From contig CAYPKD010000002.1 in the NCBI GenBank assembly GCA_964411255.1, positions 98,141 through 162,140 of the forward strand: a stretch of DNA of 64,000 nucleotides, given 5' to 3'. Position 1 is the stretch's first letter. Each line of letters opens with the position of its first letter. Shown one piece after another: positions 8,671-17,747 of the stretch. This DNA comes from an uncultured Gammaproteobacteria bacterium (GTDB taxonomy: Bacteria; Patescibacteriota; Patescibacteriia; UBA11705; DATKZF01). The notes beneath the pieces were generated by a model, which saw only the letters and a list, made by a program, of their open reading frames with translations, made no database searches and was not told the DNA's origin. The translations under genes and the position numbers were made by a program.

Positions 8671-9809
8671 AAAAAACCTTATTAGTAACAATTGATTTTC
8701 CTCCAATGATTGGCGGAGTGGCAAATTACTGGGCTAATTTGAATAAGAATTTACCAAGTGAAGATATAGTGGTATTAGCTCCAGAATATGATGGCTCCCA
8801 TGGTTTTGACATACATCAAAATTATTTAATTTATAGAAAAAATTTGATTTCAAAAATAAAGTGGCTTTGGCCTAAATGGCTGCCGCTTCTTTATTTTATG
8901 TACAGGTTGATAAAGGCAGAAAAGGTAGAAAGAGTAATCGTCGGTCAAATATTGCCAGTGGGTACCGCAGCTTATATTTTACATAAGTTCTTGAAATTTG
9001 ATTATATAGTTTCTGCACATGGGATGGATGTAAAAACTCCGGAAGTTGGATCTAGGAAATATAAAATTATGAAAAAAGTTTTAAATAAAGCCTGCCATGT
9101 TATTTCCAATAGTCAATTTACAAAAGGCGCCATTGAAAAACTGGGTGTGCCAGCTAAAAAAATTAGCATCGTGTATCCTTGCCCAAATATTCAAGCAATT
9201 GAAATTGACCCAGTTTTGCAGGAAGATATTGTTAAGCAGTATGATCTTGAGGATAAAAAAGTTTTATTAACCGTAGGCAGATTAGTTGAAAGAAAAGGAC
9301 ACGACCGGGTGATTCAATCTTTGGTAAAAGTGGTACAAAGGTTTCCTGATTTGCGATACATCATAATTGGCAAAGGATCAAATCTTAGTAATTTAAAATA
9401 TTTGGTTAAAAGATTGAGATTAAAAAAACACGTTATATTTTTAGAAAGAGTTGATGATGACGAATTGCAAATATTTTATGATTTGGCAAATGTTTTCATA
9501 ATGACTTCTAGAGAGCTTAGCTGCGGCGATGTCGAAGGATTTGGGATTGTCTATTTAGAGGCGAATAATTTTAAAAAGCCGGTTATTGCAGGCAGAACTG
9601 GCGGAGCAATTGAAGCGGTTGAGCACGAAGTTAATGGTCTATTAGTTAATCCAGATGATTTTAGGCATATTGCCAAGGCAATAACAAAATTATTTAAACA
9701 TCGTGATTATGCGCAACAATTAGGCGAGAAAGGGTTTGAAAGAAACCAAAACCGTTTTTGCTGGCCAGTACAGGCTGAAAAATTAGAAAGAATAATATGT
9801 GCGGAATAG
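8667..9809 (+). CDS. glycosyltransferase family 4 (GT-B, group 1)
   Basis: C-terminal EGFGIVYLEANNFKKPVIAGRTGG motif characteristic of GT4; 4-nt overlap with upstream gene. Confidence 0.8.
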   Translation: MKKTLLVTIDFPPMIGGVANYWANLNKNLPSEDIVVLAPEYDGSHGFDIHQNYLIYRKNLISKIKWLWPKWLPLLYFMYRLIKAEKVERVIVGQILPVGTAAYILHKFLKFDYIVSAHGMDVKTPEVGSRKYKIMKKVLNKACHVISNSQFTKGAIEKLGVPAKKISIVYPCPNIQAIEIDPVLQEDIVKQYDLEDKKVLLTVGRLVERKGHDRVIQSLVKVVQRFPDLRYIIIGKGSNLSNLKYLVKRLRLKKHVIFLERVDDDELQIFYDLANVFIMTSRELSCGDVEGFGIVYLEANNFKKPVIAGRTGGAIEAVEHEVNGLLVNPDDFRHIAKAITKLFKHRDYAQQLGEKGFERNQNRFCWPVQAEKLERIICAE

Positions 9810-11620
9810 TAGGCTATATTGGGAATAAACAAGCACTCCCTATTTTATTAAACGGTCTGCGCCGTTTAGAATACCGCGGCTATGATAGTGCTGGTGTTTG
9901 TTTATATAATTCTGAAGGTTTGGAAAGGGTTAGGCAGGTGGGAAAAATTGAAAGTTTGGTTAATGAAACAAAAAAACATAATTTATCAGGTGATTTTGGA
10001 ATTGCCCATACTCGCTGGGCCACTCATGGTGGAGTTACAGAAGAAAATGCCCATCCTCATTTTGATTGCCAGAACCAAATTGTACTTGCACATAATGGAA
10101 TTATTGAAAACTACAGAGAAATTCAGGACAGATTAAAAAGTAATCACACCTTTAAATCTGAAACAGATTCAGAAATTTTAGCTCATTTAATTGAGGAAAA
10201 TTATAATGGAGATTTTAGACGGGCAGTTGAGGTTTCATTAAAGCAGATTCGTGGAACGTATGGCTTGGCCGTGATGCATAAGAACCATCCAAATACTTTA
10301 ATTGCAGCCAGAATGGGTAGCCCTTTAGTGATTGGATTGGGTGAAAATGAATATTATCTGGCTAGCGATGCTACACCAATGTTGGCTTATACAAAAAAAG
10401 TAATTTTTCTAGAAGACGGAGAATTAGCTGAAATTTCCAGAGAAAATCTTGACGTGTTTAATTTGAAAGACGAGCAGATTACAAAAGATATTCAGGAAAT
10501 TGAGTGGGATGCAGAGCAAGCTCAGAAAGGCGGATTTGATCATTTTATGCTAAAAGAAATTCATGATCAGCCGGCAGTCTTTTTAGATGCTATTAGAGGC
10601 AGGGTGAATAAAGATAATGGTATTGCCCATTTGGGTGGTTTGAACATGACAGAAAATGAGATGAGAAAAATAAACAGAATTGTTTTGATTGCCTGCGGGA
10701 CTGCATCTTATGCGGCAATGGTAGGGAAATATATATTTGAAAGGTTGGCAAACATTCCAACAGAAGTGGACGTGGCAAGTGAATTTCGATATCGAGATCC
10801 TTTAGTTAATGAAAATACTTTAGTGTTTGCCATTTCTCAATCAGGTGAAACAGCAGATACTTTAGCTGCTCTCCGTGAAGCAAAAAGAAAGGGCGCTTAT
10901 GTACGCGGAATAGTAAATGTAATTGGTTCAACCATTGCCAGGGAAACAGACGGTGGTACTTATATGCATGCTGGCCCTGAGTTAGCTGTTGCTTCGACCA
11001 AAGCTTATACAAACATGGTGGCTGTATTATTTTTATATGCTTTACAATTTGGCAGATTGCGTAATTTAACTTTAATAAAAGGTCAGAGATTAATTGATGA
11101 GCTTTTTGAAATTCCGGAGAAAATGAAAAAAGTTTTAAATTTATCTGATCAAATAAAAAACCTGGCTGAAAAATACAGGAATTATATAGATTTTCTTTTT
11201 CTTGGCAGAGGTATTAATTTCCCAGTTTCCCTTGAAGGCTCACATAAGTTAAAAGAAATTTCATATATCCATAGTGAGGCATATCCGGCAGGGGAGATGA
11301 AGCATGGCATGAATGCATTGCTCAGCGAGCAAATGCCAGTGTTTGGTATTATTACCAAAAATCAATTGTATGATAAGATGCGCAGCAATATTGAAGAAGT
11401 GAAAGCACGTAAATCAAAAGTGATTTTATTGGCAAATGAAATGGATGAAAAAGCCAGACAATTGGCAGATGATATTATTTTTATTCCTGAAGCAAATTAT
11501 ATGCTTGAGCCAATATTAAATACCATACCTTTGCAGCTTTTTGCTTATTATGTCGCTACTTTGCTTGGCAGGGATGTGGATAGGCCCAGAAATTTGGCTA
11601 AAAGTGTGACTGTGGAATAG
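9797..11620 (+). CDS. glmS: glutamine--fructose-6-phosphate aminotransferase (isomerising)
   Basis: N-terminal MCGIVGYIG class-II amidotransferase Cys, two SIS domains, 607 aa. Confidence 0.95.
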   Translation: MCGIVGYIGNKQALPILLNGLRRLEYRGYDSAGVCLYNSEGLERVRQVGKIESLVNETKKHNLSGDFGIAHTRWATHGGVTEENAHPHFDCQNQIVLAHNGIIENYREIQDRLKSNHTFKSETDSEILAHLIEENYNGDFRRAVEVSLKQIRGTYGLAVMHKNHPNTLIAARMGSPLVIGLGENEYYLASDATPMLAYTKKVIFLEDGELAEISRENLDVFNLKDEQITKDIQEIEWDAEQAQKGGFDHFMLKEIHDQPAVFLDAIRGRVNKDNGIAHLGGLNMTENEMRKINRIVLIACGTASYAAMVGKYIFERLANIPTEVDVASEFRYRDPLVNENTLVFAISQSGETADTLAALREAKRKGAYVRGIVNVIGSTIARETDGGTYMHAGPELAVASTKAYTNMVAVLFLYALQFGRLRNLTLIKGQRLIDELFEIPEKMKKVLNLSDQIKNLAEKYRNYIDFLFLGRGINFPVSLEGSHKLKEISYIHSEAYPAGEMKHGMNALLSEQMPVFGIITKNQLYDKMRSNIEEVKARKSKVILLANEMDEKARQLADDIIFIPEANYMLEPILNTIPLQLFAYYVATLLGRDVDRPRNLAKSVTVE

Positions 11621-11667
11621 GGATTTGACACTTTTTTTATAGTTTGATATACTTTTTTTACAATCAA

Positions 11668-11752
11668 ATACCGCAGACAGTAAGGGCCGAAAGGCTTAAA
11701 AATTCAACCTTACCGAGGTACAAACATTTAGTATTTTGTATTTTTGCGGTAT
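11668..11752 (+). promoter_or_regulatory. structured leader upstream of rplJ (possible L10 autoregulatory leader)
   Basis: ATACCGCA (11668-75) pairs with TGCGGTAT (11745-52), enclosing GTAAGG/CCTTAC and GCCGAAAGGC hairpins; the L10-leader assignment is by position only. Confidence 0.3.
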
Positions 11753-11813
11753 TTTTCCCGCAATTTTTTATTGATATTTATTCGTAATAAATTTATAAAA
11801 TATTTGTAATTTT

Positions 11814-12341
11814 ATGGCACTGACAAAACAACAAAAAGAACAATTAGTAAAGAAATTAATTGAAAATATTAAGAATTCAAAATCTTTTGTGATTTCAGAT
11901 TTTACAGGTTTAACTGTAAATGATACTCAGGAATTGAGAAAACAATGCAAAGAGCAGGGAGTTAAGTTTAATGCAGTTAAAAAGACTTTGTTAACCTTGG
12001 CTTTGGCTGAATTGAAGATTGAAGGAATTGAGCCAAAAGAATTAGAGGGCGGCTTGGCAATTGCTTTAGGAAATGAAGATGAGATTGCGCCGGCAAAAAT
12101 ACTGGCCAACTTTTCAAAAAAACATGAGGAAGTTAAGATTTTAACAGGAGTTTTGGATAGCAAAGTTTTAAACCAGGAAGAGGTTATTGCCTTATCAAAG
12201 ATTCCGTCAAAAGATGAATTATTGGCCAAAGTTGTCGGTAGTATTAATGCTCCAGTATCTGGTTTTGTAAATGTGTTGGCTGGTAATTTAAGAGGCTTGG
12301 TGAATGTTTTGAATTCAATTAAAGACGCAAAGGAAGCATAA
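11814..12341 (+). CDS. rplJ: 50S ribosomal protein L10
   Basis: MALTKQQKEQLVKKL...FVISDFTGLTVND L10 signature. Confidence 0.9.
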   Translation: MALTKQQKEQLVKKLIENIKNSKSFVISDFTGLTVNDTQELRKQCKEQGVKFNAVKKTLLTLALAELKIEGIEPKELEGGLAIALGNEDEIAPAKILANFSKKHEEVKILTGVLDSKVLNQEEVIALSKIPSKDELLAKVVGSINAPVSGFVNVLAGNLRGLVNVLNSIKDAKEA

Positions 12342-12491
12342 TCCAGATCGGTAGATCTGTAGATCAGTAGAAATAAAATTAAGTATAATTATTATTAATA
12401 AAATCAGGATAGTAGGCTTAAAGGATTGTAGGATTTTGAAAAAATTTCCTACTAACCTATCGCCCTACCAACCTACCACTCTAAAAAATAT

Positions 12492-12911
12492 ATGGCAGAA
12501 GAAAAAAAGACTGAGGAAAAAAAAGACGTAGAAGTTCCAGAGAAATTTAAAAAATTAGTTGATGAAATTGAAAAAATGTCAATTTTAGATTTGTCTGAAT
12601 TAGTAAAAATTTTAGAAGAAAAATTTGGCGTATCAGCTGCTGCTCCAGTGGCTGCCATGGCCGCTGCTCCTGCTGCAGGAGAAGATGCTGCTGAAGAAAA
12701 ATCAGAATATGATGTTGAATTAGCAGGTGCAGGTGAAAATAAAATTGCAGTTATCAAGGTGGTGAAAGAAATTGCCGGCATTGGATTAAAAGACGCTAAA
12801 GATTTAGTTGACGGTGCACCAAAAGTTGTTAAGGAAAAAGTAAAGAAAGAGGAAGCTGAAGAAATGAAGAAAAAGCTTGAAGAAGCTGGCGCAACAGTAA
12901 ATTTGAAATAA
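12492..12911 (+). CDS. rplL: 50S ribosomal protein L7/L12
   Basis: Ala-rich hinge [16 protein letters not shown] and C-terminal [28 protein letters not shown]. Confidence 0.95.
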   Translation: MAEEKKTEEKKDVEVPEKFKKLVDEIEKMSILDLSELVKILEEKFGVSAAAPVAAMAAAPAAGEDAAEEKSEYDVELAGAGENKIAVIKVVKEIAGIGLKDAKDLVDGAPKVVKEKVKKEEAEEMKKKLEEAGATVNLK

Positions 12912-12934
12912 ATTCAACTATAAATATATAAAAG

Positions 12935-12958
12935 CTCTGTATAACGCAGAGTTTTTTT
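12935..12958 (+). terminator. intrinsic terminator after rplL
   Basis: CTCTG-TATAACG-CAGAG hairpin plus TTTTTTTG. Confidence 0.6.
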
Positions 12959-13023
12959 GTTTGCTTTGGATTCCATGAATTAAACTACTGCTACGAAGTG
13001 TACAGAAACGTAGATATTGACAA

Positions 13024-13052
13024 AATGCACTAAATTTGGTTAAAATAGAACC
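13024..13052 (+). promoter_or_regulatory. sigma70-like promoter of the 1475-aa repeat-protein gene
   Basis: TTGACA 13024-29, 17-nt spacer, TTAAAAT -10; a TATTTGACAA motif recurs at 13064. Confidence 0.35.
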
Positions 13053-13094
13053 TTAATGTTATTTGACAATCAAACCTTGGCACAGGAGCGTTAA

Positions 13095-16000
13095 ATGCCG
13101 AAAATGGCCAGAAATTACGCATATTATGATTGCTGGCAAAAGGCTAGTATAGCTCTATTAATACTTGATATTCGAAGCAAAGAGGAATATGAAAATCGTT
13201 ATGAAGAGGATTCTTGTCTGCCAATTGATCCAGAAAAATTTTATCCGGGTTTTCCAGGTTGGGACCAATTTCTTGCTCAGGAAGAATTAGCTGTTCCAAA
13301 AGAACTTTCAGACAGAGCTGAACCTGAAAAAGAAAAGATTCAAAGGCCAGAAAGATATGCTACCTGGCAGCAAGCCAGTGAAGCTGTAAAGGTGCTTGGA
13401 ATTAAAAGTAGGACTCAATATAATAGAAGATATAGAGAAGATCCAATGCTGCCATCATCTCTTAATAACTCTTATCCAGATTTTCCTGGAGCAGAAATAT
13501 TTTTTGGTGTAAAAAATGAAGGGAAAAGAAAAAAGAATTTTTATCCTACATGGCAGCAAGCAAGTCAGGCAGTTCAGAAATTAGGTGTTAAAAGTTCATC
13601 ACATTATTTGAGGTCGTATAAACAAGATGATAGGCTGCCTTCTGCTCCACGCACATACTATAAAGATTTTCCCGGCTGGGATAAATTTTTAGGAAGAGAT
13701 GAAGTTAAAAAAGAGCAAATTCAGCCACCTGAAAGATATGCTACTTGGCAGCAAGCCAGTGAAGCAGTAAAAAAACTTGGCATTACAAGTTGGCATCAAT
13801 ATCACAGGCGGTATAGAGAAGATCCAAAGCTTGGTTCAAATCCAAATATTTTATATGAAGATTTTCCTGGAGCTGAAATTTTCTTTGGAGTAAAACGAAA
13901 ACCCAGGAAGAAAAAGAATTATTATTCCAGTTGGCAGGAAGCAGGCAAAGCAGCACAGATGCTGGGTATTAAGAGCTCACTTCAATATGTTCGCAAATAC
14001 AAACAAGATATCAGATTGCCTTCAAATCCAAATGTTAAATATAAAGATTTTCCAGGCTGGGATGTATTTTTAGGCAAAGCAGAAATTGAAGAGCAAACTG
14101 TTGAGACAGAATATTATGCCACCTGGCAGCTGGCCAGCAAGGCAGCTGTCAATCTTGGTATTAAAAGTCTTGTTAGCTATTGCTCAGGTGCGTATATGGA
14201 AGATGATAAATTGCATCCAGATCCGCAGACATTTTATGAAGACTTTCCTGGTTGGAAAAAGTTTTTGGGAATTAAGGGAAAAAAGAAAAAAGGGAATGAA
14301 AAAAAATACTCAACTTGGCAGGAAGCAAGTATGGCTGCTAAAAAGTTAGGTATTAAAACATCTACCCAATACTGTATAGAAAAAAGATATAAGCAGGACT
14401 TGAGATTGCCATCCAGTCCTCAAACCTATTATTCAGATTTCCCAGGCTGGGGTGTCTTTTTAGGAACGCATGAAGTAAAAGGCGCTGCAGTGGCTAGAAG
14501 GAAGAAAAAAAAGTATCCCACTTGGCAGCAAGCAAGCAAAGCAGCTCGAAGACTTGGGATCAGCAGCTCGACTGAATATATGCGTGGGAAAGCATATAAA
14601 AAAGATTCACTTCTACCATCAAATCCGCAACAGTATTATCATGATTTTCCAGGCTGGGGTGAATTTTTAGGAACAAATAATAAGCGAGGTGCACCTAGAA
14701 AAAATTTTTATCCTACTTGGCAGCAGGCAAGAAATGCAGCATTGAAGCTGGGGATCACCGCTTCCACTGGATATATCAATGCAGAACAGTATAAGTTTGA
14801 CCGACGATTGCCTTCTAACCCTCAGCTCTATTACGAAGATTTTCCTGGTTGGAAAAAATTTTTAACTCCAGAAGTTAAAAGTGTAGAAATAACTGATCAA
14901 ATGGCTGCATCTATTGAAAAAGGATTAGATAAGAAAGATGGATTTGCTTCACAAAAGAGTAGTGATGTAAAAAGGCCTAAAAATGGATATTATGAGGACT
15001 GGGAAACTGCCTCTCGTGCTGCAATAAAGCTTGGTATTACGACTCAAGAGCAGTATGAAAATAATTGTCATAAAGATTCTAGATTGCCGAAAAAACCAAA
15101 GCTTTGTTATTCTGAGTTTAAGGATTGGGATGAATTTGAAAAAATGGCTCAAAATGAATATTATTCTACTTGGCAGGAAGCTAGCGAAGCAGTTCAAAAC
15201 ATGGGAATTAAATCCTGGAGTGAATATTCTGTACGGCAGAACGAAGATGAAATGTTACCTTTGCATCCTGACAAAGAATATGAAGATTTCCCAGGATGGA
15301 GAATTTATCTTGGAAAAGAAAATGATACTCAAAATGGTTTAAGTTACAAAAAAGACAAAAGAAAGAGTGGCAAGAATTTATATCCTACTTGGAAAGAAGC
15401 AAGCAAGATCGTGAGAGAAATGGGTATAAAGACTTCTAAACAATATCGAGACAGGTATAAAGAAGATCCAAGGCTGCCATCAACTCCTGAGAGATATTAT
15501 AAAGATTTCCCAGATTGGGATAAATTTTTTGTCAGAGAAAAAAATAAAAAATACACTACTTGGCAAGAGGCCAGTGAGGCTGCACGAAAATTGAATATAA
15601 AAAGGCGGGAAGATTATTTCAAAGAATATGAGAGAGATCCTAGGTTACACAAATATCCAGCAGACATATATAAAGATTTTCCAGGATGGCGCGTTTTTCT
15701 TAATAATAGAAGACCTCGCTATGCTACCTGGCAGGAAGCAAGTCAGGCAACAATTAGATTAGAAATTTCCAGCCGAGACGAATATTTGAAAAGATATACA
15801 GAAGATGAGAAGTTAAGGTGTGCTCCATATCAAGTATATGAAGATTTTCCAGGATGGAGAGTTTATTTGGGCAAAGCTGAGAAGGAATCAAAGGAAGATA
15901 AAGAACAAGAGAGAACAGGGGATGATAATGTGAGTAAGCGAAGAAAACGGGAAGATATGTATCAAACCTGGCAAGAAGCTGCAGTAGCAGCTCAAAAGGT

Positions 16001-17522
16001 TGGAATAAAAAGCGAAAAAGAATATAGAAAAAGATATAAATCTGATCAAAAGTTGCCTAGCTCTCCAGAAACAATATATTTAGATTTTCCAGGTTATGGA
16101 ATTTTTTTAAGCAATGTGAGTAAACGAAGAAAACGGGAAAATATGTATCCTACCTGGCAAGAAGCTGCAGTAGCAGCTCAAAGATTGGGAATAAAAAATA
16201 GAAGAGATTATGGAAAAAAATACAAACTTAATCAAAGGCTACCCTGTGACCCTTCCAGCGTTTATATGAATTTTCCAGGTTATGAAATTTTTTTAGGTAA
16301 TGTAGGTAAGCGAAGAACACGGAAAAACTTATATCAAACCTGGCAAGAAGCTTCAGCAGCAACTCAGAGGCTTGGAATAAAAACTCAAATAGAATATAGA
16401 AAGAGGTATAAATCTGATCAAAAGTTGCCTAGCTCTCCAGACACATTATATTTTGATTTTCCAGGATGGCGAGTTTATTTAGGAAAAGTTGATAAAGAAT
16501 TAAATGAAACCGAAAAAACAGACAGAACAGGAGGTGACGATGTGAGTAAACGCAGAAAACGGCAAGACTTATATCAAACCTGGCAGGAAGCAGCCGTGGC
16601 TGCTCATAGGCTGGGAATAAAAAGCAGAAGCGAATATAGAAAGAAATATAGGTCTAATCAAAAATTGCCTGGAGCTCCTGACAACTTCTACAAGGATTTC
16701 CCCGGATGGAAAGTGTTTTTAGATGAAACTTCTTTAAATTACTATCCAACCTGGCAGGAAGCCAGTGAGTCTGCGCAGAAGTTGAAGATTCAAACCAGTA
16801 CAGAATATGAACAAAGGTATAATTTGAACAGCCGATTGCCAGCTGATCCTTCTGTCTACTATAAAGATTTTCCAGGTTGGATTATCTTTCTAAACGTAGA
16901 GAAAAAGGATTATTATCTTACCTGGCAGGAAGCCAGCGCAGCAGCGCAGAAAATGATGATTTTTAGTGAAAGCCAATATAAAATGGTTTATAAGGCTGAT
17001 CCAAGGTTGCCTTCAACTCCAGATAAGTTTTATGATGATTTTCCCAGTTGGTTGATATTTTTAGGCAAAGTTGATGCAGATTCATTAGTATTAATGCCGC
17101 ATGAAAAAATGGTAAAGCCAAATTATGATCAAATGGTTGAAATGCTTGAGGGAACAAATAAGTTTTTACCAGTTAATGAATTATTCAGATATTCGGGGAT
17201 AATATTAGCAAGTAAATCTGATACAGCCGTTGATGATATGATGCTCGATTTGTTGCGGGTTAAAATAACTACAGCAATTTATAAAGTATTTGAGATCAAC
17301 ATGTGTTCAGTTGAGGTGAAAAAGTATGATGATAAGTATCGCATTGACATTGTGTTTGGCAAGCTTCAAGTTGGAGCAACATCTGTCAGCACTGAAGTGC
17401 AGATACCGCTAGGATTTCCGCATAATGCTGTATTGTATTTAGAGGCGATTGATCCTGTCCTAAAGCAAGAATTACCAGATTTTGAGTTTAATGAAATAGT
17501 GGTTTTCATAGGTGAGTCATGA
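13095..17522 (+). CDS. giant repeat protein: ~20 tandem ~55-aa repeats (TWQEAS-A--KLGIK...Y...Y-D-RLPS-P--Y-DFPGW--FLG) plus a ~150-aa C-terminal domain shared with the 17748 gene
   Basis: 1475-aa ORF; repeats read directly from the translation; repeat resembles the integrase repeat unit with conserved LPS motif (Pfam Integrase_1-like, recalled from memory, unverified). Confidence 0.85.
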   Translation: MPKMARNYAYYDCWQKASIALLILDIRSKEEYENRYEEDSCLPIDPEKFYPGFPGWDQFLAQEELAVPKELSDRAEPEKEKIQRPERYATWQQASEAVKVLGIKSRTQYNRRYREDPMLPSSLNNSYPDFPGAEIFFGVKNEGKRKKNFYPTWQQASQAVQKLGVKSSSHYLRSYKQDDRLPSAPRTYYKDFPGWDKFLGRDEVKKEQIQPPERYATWQQASEAVKKLGITSWHQYHRRYREDPKLGSNPNILYEDFPGAEIFFGVKRKPRKKKNYYSSWQEAGKAAQMLGIKSSLQYVRKYKQDIRLPSNPNVKYKDFPGWDVFLGKAEIEEQTVETEYYATWQLASKAAVNLGIKSLVSYCSGAYMEDDKLHPDPQTFYEDFPGWKKFLGIKGKKKKGNEKKYSTWQEASMAAKKLGIKTSTQYCIEKRYKQDLRLPSSPQTYYSDFPGWGVFLGTHEVKGAAVARRKKKKYPTWQQASKAARRLGISSSTEYMRGKAYKKDSLLPSNPQQYYHDFPGWGEFLGTNNKRGAPRKNFYPTWQQARNAALKLGITASTGYINAEQYKFDRRLPSNPQLYYEDFPGWKKFLTPEVKSVEITDQMAASIEKGLDKKDGFASQKSSDVKRPKNGYYEDWETASRAAIKLGITTQEQYENNCHKDSRLPKKPKLCYSEFKDWDEFEKMAQNEYYSTWQEASEAVQNMGIKSWSEYSVRQNEDEMLPLHPDKEYEDFPGWRIYLGKENDTQNGLSYKKDKRKSGKNLYPTWKEASKIVREMGIKTSKQYRDRYKEDPRLPSTPERYYKDFPDWDKFFVREKNKKYTTWQEASEAARKLNIKRREDYFKEYERDPRLHKYPADIYKDFPGWRVFLNNRRPRYATWQEASQATIRLEISSRDEYLKRYTEDEKLRCAPYQVYEDFPGWRVYLGKAEKESKEDKEQERTGDDNVSKRRKREDMYQTWQEAAVAAQKVGIKSEKEYRKRYKSDQKLPSSPETIYLDFPGYGIFLSNVSKRRKRENMYPTWQEAAVAAQRLGIKNRRDYGKKYKLNQRLPCDPSSVYMNFPGYEIFLGNVGKRRTRKNLYQTWQEASAATQRLGIKTQIEYRKRYKSDQKLPSSPDTLYFDFPGWRVYLGKVDKELNETEKTDRTGGDDVSKRRKRQDLYQTWQEAAVAAHRLGIKSRSEYRKKYRSNQKLPGAPDNFYKDFPGWKVFLDETSLNYYPTWQEASESAQKLKIQTSTEYEQRYNLNSRLPADPSVYYKDFPGWIIFLNVEKKDYYLTWQEASAAAQKMMIFSESQYKMVYKADPRLPSTPDKFYDDFPSWLIFLGKVDADSLVLMPHEKMVKPNYDQMVEMLEGTNKFLPVNELFRYSGIILASKSDTAVDDMMLDLLRVKITTAIYKVFEINMCSVEVKKYDDKYRIDIVFGKLQVGATSVSTEVQIPLGFPHNAVLYLEAIDPVLKQELPDFEFNEIVVFIGES

Positions 17523-17547
17523 CTTAATAAGTCGTGGCTTTTTTATT
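17516..17547 (+). terminator. intrinsic terminator after the 1475-aa gene
   Basis: GTCATGACTTA-ATA-AGTCGTGGC hairpin (with G-U pairs) followed by TTTTTTATTTG; near-identical terminator after the paralogue at 19863. Confidence 0.5.
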
Positions 17548-17747
17548 TGTAAAAACAGATCAACCCCTCGACTTCGCTCGGGGCAGGCAGATCAGCAACA
17601 GATATAAAACTTTATCAAAAAGGTGAGTTATTTGACTAAATTTAGGTAAATTTTATTAAAACAACTATAATATTGACAAAATAATAAAAATAGGCTAAAC
17701 TCTAATGTTACTGATATTTGACAAATTACGCATTCAGGAGGAAAAGA

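Noticed and set aside
14949-15342. ORFs 14949..15197 (-) and 15031..15342 (+) inside the giant repeat gene
   Set aside because: Alternative frames of a gene whose main frame carries 20 conserved repeats; spurious
13095-17522. Regular ~165-bp DNA periodicity, considered as a CRISPR array or satellite
   Set aside because: The periodicity is a protein-coding tandem repeat in one long ORF; units are ~165 bp, unlike the 28-48 bp repeats separated by unique spacers in a CRISPR array
17718-17747. TTG start of the 704-aa gene as given by the ORF track (also TTG at 20471 for the helicase)
   Set aside because: Both TTGs are the TTGACA -35 boxes; proper ATG starts with AGGAGG/AAGGAG RBS lie 30 and 21 nt downstream
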